Shown one piece after another: positions 34,372 to 42,110 of a stretch of 60,027 bases of DNA (position 1 is the stretch's first letter; every line of letters begins with the position of its first letter). The notes under the pieces were generated by a model. The model was given only the letters and a program-made list of their open reading frames with translations. It ran no database searches and was not told the origin of the DNA. The translations under genes were made by a program, and so were the position numbers. Origin of the DNA: an uncultured Dehalococcoidales bacterium (lineage in GTDB: Bacteria > Chloroflexota > Dehalococcoidia > GIF9 > AB-539-J10); contig CAZPDE010000001.1 of assembly GCA_964585315.1 (NCBI GenBank), forward strand, positions 1 through 60,027, read 5' to 3'.

Positions 34372-36027
34372 GTGCCAAGTAAAGCTAAGCAAGAATGGCG
34401 TGAAGCTACATTATCTCCGATATTAAAGCGTTCCCCTGAACGACAGGATAAGTTTGAAACCACTTCGGGCATAGAGTTGGATACTGTTTATACCCCCGAA
34501 GATATGCCAAACTTTGATTATGCTACAGAGTTAGGACACCCCGGAGAGTACCCCTTTACTCGGGGAGTCCAACCCAATATGTATCGAGGCAAAATATGGA
34601 CGATACGTCAGTATGCTGGGTTTGGCTCTGCTGAGGAGACTAATCAGCGTTACCGCTACCTCCTAGAGCAAGGGCAAACTGGGCTAAGCGTGGCATTCGA
34701 CTTGCCCACGCAGATTGGCTATGATTCCGACCACCCCCTAGCCAGAGGTGAAGTAGGCAAAGTTGGCGTCGCCATAGATAGCCTTGGGGACATGGAGACC
34801 CTTTTCCATGGCATTCCTTTGGATAAGGTAAGCACATCAATGACCATAAACGCCCCTGCTCCTATTCTTCTCGCTATGTATATTGCTCTAGGCAAAAAAC
34901 AAGGAATTGACTCAGCCAAGTTAAGCGGCACTATTCAAAATGACATACTTAAGGAATATATTGCCCGAGGCACTTATATCTTTCCCCCTCGCCCATCAAT
35001 GAGACTGACCACTGATATATTTGCTTATTGCGCCAAACATGTCCCTCGCTGGAATACTATTAGCATCAGTGGTTATCATATACGAGAAGCGGGCTCTACT
35101 GCGGCTCAAGAAATTGGCTTCACGCTGGCTAATGGCATCACTTATGTCCAGTCAACTATCGATGCTGGGCTTGATGTGGATGCCTTTGCCCCCAGACTAT
35201 CGTTCTTTTTCAATAGCCATGTAAACTTCTTTGATGAAGTTGCCAAATTCAGAGCAGCGCGGCGTCTTTGGGCAAAGATAATGGCAGAAAGATTTGGAGC
35301 TAAAGACCCACGCTCCTTGATGCTTCGCTTCCATACTCAAACTGCAGGATGCAGCCTTACTGCACCACAGCCACATAACAATATCGTGAGGACAACTGTA
35401 GAAGCCTTAGCAGCCGTTTTGGGAGGCACCCAATCACTACACACTAACTCTTTCGACGAAGCTTATGCGCCACCCTCTGAGGAAGCAGTGACAGTCGCTG
35501 TGCGAACTCAACAAATCCTAGCCCACGAAAGTAGTGTTGCTGATGTTGTCGATCCCTTCGGTGGCTCTTACTATGTAGAATCTCTCACTAACAGGCTGGA
35601 AAAGGAAGCCAGCGAATACATCGCTAAAATCGATAGGCTCGGCGGCGCTGTAGCTGCTATCGAACAAGGGTATCAACAAAGAGAAATTCAGGATGCTTCT
35701 TACCGCTACCAAAAGGAAATCGAAAATGGTAAACGCACTGTGGTAGGGGTAAACAAATTTATTTCCCCCTATCCTAAAATAACTGGCCTGCTTCGAGTTA
35801 ACCAGGGGGTAGAAAGCAAACAAAAGGAGAGAACAGCACGAGTTAAGAAACAAAGAGATAATAGTAAAGTGAATCAAACGCTTAAGAGGTTAAAAGAGAT
35901 AGCTCAAAACAGGGATAATACAATGCCAGTCTTTCTTGAATGCGTAGAAGCCTATGCCACTTTAGGCGAGATGTGTGATGTGTTGCGTGAAGTTTTTGGC
36001 GTCCAGAAGGAATTTTTGGTTTTTTAG
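34372..36027 (+). CDS. Methylmalonyl-CoA mutase catalytic (large) subunit, paralog 1
   Basis: [64 protein letters not shown] start at 34372 after gagggagg parallels the paralog 2 N-terminus. The track start 34225 lies in the upstream pseudogene/repeat. Confidence 0.9.
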   Translation: MPSKAKQEWREATLSPILKRSPERQDKFETTSGIELDTVYTPEDMPNFDYATELGHPGEYPFTRGVQPNMYRGKIWTIRQYAGFGSAEETNQRYRYLLEQGQTGLSVAFDLPTQIGYDSDHPLARGEVGKVGVAIDSLGDMETLFHGIPLDKVSTSMTINAPAPILLAMYIALGKKQGIDSAKLSGTIQNDILKEYIARGTYIFPPRPSMRLTTDIFAYCAKHVPRWNTISISGYHIREAGSTAAQEIGFTLANGITYVQSTIDAGLDVDAFAPRLSFFFNSHVNFFDEVAKFRAARRLWAKIMAERFGAKDPRSLMLRFHTQTAGCSLTAPQPHNNIVRTTVEALAAVLGGTQSLHTNSFDEAYAPPSEEAVTVAVRTQQILAHESSVADVVDPFGGSYYVESLTNRLEKEASEYIAKIDRLGGAVAAIEQGYQQREIQDASYRYQKEIENGKRTVVGVNKFISPYPKITGLLRVNQGVESKQKERTARVKKQRDNSKVNQTLKRLKEIAQNRDNTMPVFLECVEAYATLGEMCDVLREVFGVQKEFLVF

Positions 36028-36180
36028 AGGCAGCTAGCTGTGGCATTGCCGCTACATTTAGCAAATTTATGATAGAATAATTTTTTGGTTGGAAAAAGAT
36101 GTCATCCGTTTAAAAATGTAGTTGCCCAAACGAGAAGCCAAATTTAATTAAACAACCTCGATGTCAAATGGAGATTAGGC

Positions 36181-37833
36181 ATGGCGAGCAAAAACAAGCA
36201 GAAATGGCGTGAAACCACTTTAGCCTCAACATTAAAGCGTTCTCCCGAGCGACAGGATAAATTTGAAACAAGTTCAAATATAGAAGTTGATACTGTCTAT
36301 GCTCCTGAGGACTTAGCAAACTTTGATTGCTTTAGAGATTTGGGCTATCCCGGTGAATATCCCTTTACTCGAGGCGTCCAACCCAATATGTATCGAGGCA
36401 AAATATGGACGATACGTCAGTATGCTGGTTTTGGCTCTGCTGAGGAGACTAACCAACGTTACCGCTACCTCTTAGAGCAAGGACAAACTGGCTTAAGTGT
36501 AGCTTTCGACTTACCCACACAGATTGGTTACGACTCAGATCACCCTTTAGCCAGAGGCGAAGTGGGCAAAGTCGGCGTTGCTGTGGATAGCCTCCGAGAT
36601 ATGGAGATTATATTTGATGGCATTCCTTTAGACAAGATTAGCACCTCGATGACCATAAATGCCCCATGTGCTCCAATTCTCGCCATGTATATTGCCGTAG
36701 CTAAAAAACAAGGAGTTGAACTAGCTAAATTGGATGGCACTACTCAAAATGATGTTTTAAAAGAGTATATTGCTCGGGGCACTTATATTTTCCCGCCCAA
36801 GCCTTCGATACGCTTAATCGCCGATACAGCAGCATACTGCAGCAAATATCTTCCTCGCTGGAATTACATTAATATTGCTGGCTATCACATACGAGAGGCG
36901 GGTTCTACAGCGGCTCAGGAAGTTGGCTTTACATTAGCTGATGCCATTGAGTATGTCCAAGCAATCATTGACACTGGGCTGGATGTAGATTCTTTTGCCC
37001 CAAGAATATCCTGGATTTTCCAAACTCATAACAACTTCTTTGAAGAAATAGCCAAGCTAAGAGTATTGCGGCGTCTCTGGGCGAAGATAATGAGAGAGAG
37101 GTTCAAGGCTAAGAATCCTCGCTCGTGGATGTTCCGCACCCATGTCCAAACTGGGGGCGTAACCCTTACTAGTCAACAGCCTATGAATAATATTGTCAGA
37201 GCTACAGTTCAGGCATTAGCCGCAGTGTTGGGAGGTGTGCAGTCTCTGGCAAGCTCTTGCTATGATGAAGGACATTGCATTCCTACCGAGGATGCAGTTC
37301 GACAATCGCTACGTCTGCAGCAAATCCTAGCCTATGAAAGCGGTGTTGCTGATGTCGTTGACCCCCTCGGCGGTTCCTACTACATGGAATCCCTCACCAA
37401 TAAACTAGAGGAAGAGGCAAGCAAATATATTGCTAAAATTGATAGCCTTGGTGGCGCTGCATCTGCTATCGAACAAGGATATCAGCAAAGGGAAATTCAG
37501 GAGGCTTCCTATCGCTACCAGCAAGAAATTGAAAGTGGTAAGCGTGTTATAGTCGGGGTTAATAAATTTATCTCGCCTTCTCCTAAAATAACCTTATCGA
37601 GAGTGGGACCAGAGGTAGAGATAAATCAAAAGAAAAAACTGGCTCAGCTTAAGAAGGAGAGGGATGATGCCAAGGTAAGCCACGCACTTAAGCGCTTAGA
37701 GGATGTAGCCCTGGACAAAGATAATACTATGCCTGCCTTCCTTGAATGTGTAGAGTCCTATGTTACTCTAGGCGAGATGTGCAATGTACTGCGTAAAGTT
37801 TTTGGCGCCCAAAAGGAATTCTTAGCTTTCTAA
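36181..37833 (+). CDS. Methylmalonyl-CoA mutase-like catalytic subunit, paralog 2 (diverged)
   Basis: It has the same N-terminal blocks as paralog 1. [18 protein letters not shown] is replaced by SLASSCYDEGHCIPTEDA. Confidence 0.88.
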   Translation: MASKNKQKWRETTLASTLKRSPERQDKFETSSNIEVDTVYAPEDLANFDCFRDLGYPGEYPFTRGVQPNMYRGKIWTIRQYAGFGSAEETNQRYRYLLEQGQTGLSVAFDLPTQIGYDSDHPLARGEVGKVGVAVDSLRDMEIIFDGIPLDKISTSMTINAPCAPILAMYIAVAKKQGVELAKLDGTTQNDVLKEYIARGTYIFPPKPSIRLIADTAAYCSKYLPRWNYINIAGYHIREAGSTAAQEVGFTLADAIEYVQAIIDTGLDVDSFAPRISWIFQTHNNFFEEIAKLRVLRRLWAKIMRERFKAKNPRSWMFRTHVQTGGVTLTSQQPMNNIVRATVQALAAVLGGVQSLASSCYDEGHCIPTEDAVRQSLRLQQILAYESGVADVVDPLGGSYYMESLTNKLEEEASKYIAKIDSLGGAASAIEQGYQQREIQEASYRYQQEIESGKRVIVGVNKFISPSPKITLSRVGPEVEINQKKKLAQLKKERDDAKVSHALKRLEDVALDKDNTMPAFLECVESYVTLGEMCNVLRKVFGAQKEFLAF

Positions 37834-37845
37834 AAAATAGAGGCC

Positions 37846-37933
37846 GTTTAGAAATTAGAGTTTAGGATTTAATTAGGGGGTGAAGACTCTCCAAAATGCC
37901 CGAAATCGAACGGAAATTCAAAATTAAACAGCC
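37846..37933 (+). repeat. Family D copy D5 (full), directly upstream of the epimerase start
   Basis: gtttagaaattagagtttaggatttaattagggggtgaagactctccaaaatgcccgaaatcgaacggaaattcaaaattaaacagcc, followed by taaaataaaaaggcggaggttaaattaagcATG. Confidence 0.88.
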
Positions 37934-37963
37934 TAAAATAAAAAGGCGGAGGTTAAATTAAGC

Positions 37964-38362
37964 ATGGTCAAAGGAGTTAATCATATAGGAATTCTGGTCA
38001 GGAATTTGGATGAGACACTGCAGCTTTACCAGAACTTATTTGGCGCCAAACCGGGCAAGATTGAAGCTGCGACTGCGCAAGGACTCAAAGCAGTGATGCT
38101 TGACATAGGTGGGGACACTAAACTTGAGATACTAGAGCCACTGCCGGGAAGTGGCATGGCTAAAACCCTGGAGAAAAGGGGGGAGGGTGTACAACACATA
38201 TGTTTTGAAGTCGATAATATCGAGCAAGAGTTAGCCTCTTTATCCCAAAAAGGAGCGGAATTAATCGATAAGAAAGCACGTCGCGGCTTAGAGGGCGCGA
38301 TCGCCTTTGTCCATCCTAAATCGACTAAAGGTGTGCTTGTTGAACTTTGTCAATTGGATTAG
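37964..38362 (+). CDS. mce: Methylmalonyl-CoA epimerase (VOC/glyoxalase fold)
   Basis: 132 aa with VNHIGILVRNLDETL ... VQHICFEVDNIEQEL ... IAFVHPKSTKGVLVEL. Confidence 0.85.
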   Translation: MVKGVNHIGILVRNLDETLQLYQNLFGAKPGKIEAATAQGLKAVMLDIGGDTKLEILEPLPGSGMAKTLEKRGEGVQHICFEVDNIEQELASLSQKGAELIDKKARRGLEGAIAFVHPKSTKGVLVELCQLD

Positions 38363-38380
38363 CAAGGAGGAAGCTGAAAT

Positions 38381-38803
38381 ATGCCGAAGGAAGACAAAAT
38401 TCGCGTTCTCATAGCCAAACCGGGATTAGACGGGCACGATCGCGGTGCCAAAGTTGTAGCAAGGGCTCTGCGAGATGCTGGTATGGAGGTGATTTATACT
38501 GGCATCCGACAGACCCCAGAAATGATTACTGCGACAGCTATTCAGGAGGATGTGGATGTTGTTGGGCTGAGCATCCTGTCGGGGGCTCACCTGGAGATTT
38601 TCCCCCTTATCACGGACGGCTTAAGAGAAAAAGGGAAAGGTGATGCACTGATTATCGCCGGTGGCATAATACCCGAGGATGATATTCCAGCTTTACAACA
38701 ATTGGGCGTCAAAGCTGCTTTTGGCCCAGGCACTCCAACAAGTAACATTGTAAGCTTTATCCAAAAGGAATTAGCTGCGCAGAAAATTAAAAATTCAATT
38801 TGA
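38381..38803 (+). CDS. Methylmalonyl-CoA mutase B12-binding (small) subunit
   Basis: [34 protein letters not shown] carries the DxHxxG cobalamin-binding motif. Confidence 0.92.
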   Translation: MPKEDKIRVLIAKPGLDGHDRGAKVVARALRDAGMEVIYTGIRQTPEMITATAIQEDVDVVGLSILSGAHLEIFPLITDGLREKGKGDALIIAGGIIPEDDIPALQQLGVKAAFGPGTPTSNIVSFIQKELAAQKIKNSI

Positions 38804-38822
38804 TTCGTGGCGAAGCGAAAAG

Positions 38823-39005
38823 CTAACGAGCTGCTTTATATTGAGTACGCAGGCACCGAGTGCATATATTGACTTTCCTTTTGCTCCCATCCACAATAAT
38901 TGTAGCCCGATGAATATTAGGTAACCACCGTCGCTTGGTATGTCTCTTGGAGTGGCTTACACTATGCCCAAATTGAGGCTTTTTACCACAAATATCACAC
39001 TTCAC
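38823..39005 (-). CDS. rpmB: 50S ribosomal protein L28
   Basis: MKCDICGKKPQFGHSVSHSKRHTKRRWLPNIH... Confidence 0.9.
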   Translation of the reverse strand: MKCDICGKKPQFGHSVSHSKRHTKRRWLPNIHRATIIVDGSKRKVNICTRCLRTQYKAAR

Positions 39006-39096
39006 AGGAAATTTTTATCCCCCTTTACTAAAAGTTACATTCTAGAGTATTATACTAATGATACCATAATAAGCATGTGAGGCAAAGGGAAAGAAA

Positions 39097-40875
39097 ATGG
39101 AGACTAATCTAGCTGATGGTCAACTCTTAAAAGAGATATTTGCATCAGGTACTACCTGGCTGGAGAAAAGCGTTCCTGATATCAATGCTATAAATGTTTT
39201 CCCTGTCCCCGATGGTGATACAGGAACCAATATGCTGCTTACTATGCGCTCCGCCATGGAAGAGGCAACTGGAAACTCAGATAGCGACGCCTCCTCAGTA
39301 GTCAAATCACTAGCTTATGGCGCTTTAATGGGGGCTCGGGGTAATTCGGGAGTAATCCTATCTCAATTCTGGCGCGGCTTAGCTAGGGGGTTGGAGGACA
39401 AGAGTTCCTTTGACGGTAAAGATTTCGCCAAGGCATTAGCTGAAGCATCACAAGCTGCCTATGAAGGAATTATCCACCCTGTAGAAGGCACTATGTTAAC
39501 AGTGCTTAAAGATGCCGCCGAAGCTGCTGATAAGGCTGCCAAAGCCTGTCCTGAGCAAGATTCTTCGGTCGCGGAGCCTGCCCTGAGCGGTGAGATTCCT
39601 CGCGGAGTTTACCCTGAGCAAGATTCTTCGGTCGCTTTGCTCCCTCAGAATGACATGAAACGAAGGGCTCAGAATGACATGAAGCGAAGGATTGATTCTG
39701 AAAGCTTGGTTTCGGTGCTAGAGGCTGCAGTAGAGGCAGCCAGGGATTCAGTAGCTCGAACACCTACCCTGTTAGCGGTATTAAAGGAGGCCGGTGTAGT
39801 GGACGCTGGTGGGCAAGGCATTTATGTTCTGCTGGATGGCGCTCTTCGCCATCTTAAAGGGGAACAGGGTAAGATGCAGTATCGGCGACCAAGGCTGGTT
39901 GCTGCTGATTTGCCCCTGACCCCAAAGATGGCTCCCATGGGCACTGAGGTTGAAGTACCTTACGGATATTGCACCAATTTTGTGTTGAAAGGGCAAAGTC
40001 TTGACTTGAAAAAGATCAAGGGAGACCTAAAGAAGAAAGGACAATCTCTAATTGTTACTGGTGATAAATCCTTAGTTCGAGTCCACATTCATAGCTTCGA
40101 GCCCGGCGAGATCATCAACTATGCTGCACATCTAGGCACTTTGCATCAGATAAATATCAATAATATGGATGACCAATATGTCGAATTTATTAAGATGCAA
40201 AAAGAAAGGTTGCCCACGGCGGACATCGCCATAGTAGCAGTCGCCTCAGGGGACGGCTTTTTTGAGGTATTTAATAGCTTGGGCACGGCAATCATTGTCC
40301 CTGGTGGCCAAACAATGAACCCTAGCGTTCGTCAGCTAGTTCAAGCTGTGGAATCAGCACCTTCAAATAATGTTATTCTGCTGCCTAATAACAAAAATAT
40401 CATCCTTACCGCTTCCCAAGTTGAGCCTCTAACTTCCAAGAAGGTAAAGGTAGTCCCTACCAAAACTGTCCCTCAGGGCATAGCAGCATTTCTTGCCTTC
40501 AGTTACGAGATGAATCTAGAGGAAAATGCGCAAGCTATGGAAGAGACAATAACCGCAATACAGACTATAGAAATTACTAAAGCAGTGCGCAAGACGCAGC
40601 TCAATGGCTTGAAGATAAAAAGGGGGCAATTCATTGCTATTCTAAATGATGGGAGCTTAATAGCTAGTGGCAAAAACATATCGGAAGTTATTTTTGAAGC
40701 TCTACCAGAAGCAGATATTGATAGTGCTGCGGTGATGACTATCTACTACGGTGCTGAAACTCAAGCTAGCGAAGCTGAAAGCATAGCTTGGAAAATTCAG
40801 GATAAATATTCTATACAGGTTGAAATAGTTCGCGGGGGGCAACCATATTATAATTATATAATCTCGCTGGAATAA
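39097..40875 (+). CDS. DAK2-domain protein (YloV-like) with an in-frame antisense repeat insert
   Basis: INVFPVPDGDTGTNMLLT, GARGNSGVILSQ, GVVDAGGQG. It is 592 aa. Confidence 0.87.
   Translation: METNLADGQLLKEIFASGTTWLEKSVPDINAINVFPVPDGDTGTNMLLTMRSAMEEATGNSDSDASSVVKSLAYGALMGARGNSGVILSQFWRGLARGLEDKSSFDGKDFAKALAEASQAAYEGIIHPVEGTMLTVLKDAAEAADKAAKACPEQDSSVAEPALSGEIPRGVYPEQDSSVALLPQNDMKRRAQNDMKRRIDSESLVSVLEAAVEAARDSVARTPTLLAVLKEAGVVDAGGQGIYVLLDGALRHLKGEQGKMQYRRPRLVAADLPLTPKMAPMGTEVEVPYGYCTNFVLKGQSLDLKKIKGDLKKKGQSLIVTGDKSLVRVHIHSFEPGEIINYAAHLGTLHQININNMDDQYVEFIKMQKERLPTADIAIVAVASGDGFFEVFNSLGTAIIVPGGQTMNPSVRQLVQAVESAPSNNVILLPNNKNIILTASQVEPLTSKKVKVVPTKTVPQGIAAFLAFSYEMNLEENAQAMEETITAIQTIEITKAVRKTQLNGLKIKRGQFIAILNDGSLIASGKNISEVIFEALPEADIDSAAVMTIYYGAETQASEAESIAWKIQDKYSIQVEIVRGGQPYYNYIISLE
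39548..39697 (-). repeat. Family A copy A10, inside the DAK2 gene, antisense orientation, in frame
   Basis: cctgagcaagattcttcggtcgc occurs twice, followed by ctccctcagaatgaca. It encodes CPEQDSSVAEPALSGEIPRGVYPEQDSSVALLPQNDMKRRAQNDMKRR. Confidence 0.88.
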
Positions 40876-40883
40876 TGATATTG

Positions 40884-41016
40884 GAGATTCTTCGGTCGCG
40901 GAGCCTGTCCTGAGCGAGATTCTTCCCATTCACTCTGTTCAGGGCTTCGGCTCACACGCTCAGAATGACATGGGGAGCGAAGGGCTCTCTCAGAACAACA
41001 GTGATTTAGAATGACA
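40884..41016 (-). repeat. Family A copy A11, DAK2-degV intergenic
   Basis: Its reverse complement matches recG copy A12 with 2 mismatches over about 104 nt by my alignment. Confidence 0.9.
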
Positions 41017-41032
41017 AAGGGAGAATTGTATA

Positions 41033-41869
41033 ATGGTTAAGATTGTAACTGATAGCTGCTCTGATATTACTCCTGAGCTAGCCCAGGAGTATGGGATTAT
41101 GGTGGTGCCGTTGTATATCCAGTTTGGTGAGGAGGTTTACCGCGATAATGTTGACTTAGCTACTGGGGAATTCTACCGTAAGCTAGTGAAGAGCAAGATT
41201 ATTCCTACTACTTCAACTGTCACTCCTGATTTTTTTGCCGAACTTTTTACTGAGTTAGCTAAAGAAACAAACGAAATCCTAACTATAACGCTCTCTGAAA
41301 TGTATAGTGGCACTTATGGCAGTGCACTTCAAGGCAAAGCTATGGTTAAAAACAAATGCCATATCGAGGTCATTGATTGTCAGTTAGCGATAGGTGGACA
41401 ACTGCTTCTAACTATAACAGCGGCTGAGATGGCTCGGAATGGAGCTAATTTAGACCAGATTGCTCAATGGGTGAAGGAAGCAATACCCAGGATTCATGTA
41501 CGTGTGTCCTTCGACACATTAGAATATCTGAGAAGAGGCGGACGAATCGGCAAGGCACAAGCATTCTTAGGCAGTTTATTAAAGGTAAATCCTGTTTGCT
41601 CCATAAAGGATGGCACCACCTTCCCCATTGCCCGACCTCGCAATCGAGCCCAGGCCATGGATTTTCTGGTGAATTTTGCTAAAAGTTTCCACCATATCGA
41701 AGCCTTAGTTATTGAAGATGCCACTACCCCTGACGAATTAGAGATATTAGCCCAGCGTCTTAAGAATTTAGTCCCTGCAGAGAGGTTCTTTCGCTCCAAG
41801 ATAAGCCCTGTAGTAGGAACTCATGTCGGTCCCCATGTTCTGGCTGTTTCCATCCTTGAAAGTGAATAG
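41033..41869 (+). CDS. DegV-family fatty-acid-binding protein
   Basis: MVKIVTDSCSDITPELAQEYGIMVVPL ... TSTVTP ... GTHVGPHVLAV. Confidence 0.9.
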   Translation: MVKIVTDSCSDITPELAQEYGIMVVPLYIQFGEEVYRDNVDLATGEFYRKLVKSKIIPTTSTVTPDFFAELFTELAKETNEILTITLSEMYSGTYGSALQGKAMVKNKCHIEVIDCQLAIGGQLLLTITAAEMARNGANLDQIAQWVKEAIPRIHVRVSFDTLEYLRRGGRIGKAQAFLGSLLKVNPVCSIKDGTTFPIARPRNRAQAMDFLVNFAKSFHHIEALVIEDATTPDELEILAQRLKNLVPAERFFRSKISPVVGTHVGPHVLAVSILESE

Positions 41870-42016
41870 TAAATCCAGTAGGTTGAGTTTATTTAGTAAC
41901 TCTACCTGTAGGCTCTGAATAAAGAACTTAGGGACACTTCATTATAGCCAGTGTGACAATCAAGTAGCTTGATAGATTTGCAAGTCGCATCCAGTGAAGA
42001 TTATTATTACTAGTGA

Positions 42017-42095
42017 GCCTGTTGCGTAAAGGGATTTCCTAAAGCTGGCAGCCATGCTACCTTAGCTTTGGCAGATGGGTTTATGCAACAAGCTC
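42017..42095 (+). repeat. Family F structured element, copy 2, just upstream of recG
   Basis: gcctgttgcgtaaagggatttcctaaagctggcagccatgctaccttagctttggcagatgggtttatgcaacaagctc. Confidence 0.75.
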
Positions 42096-42110
42096 TAGTG
42101 GGCTTTTTAA

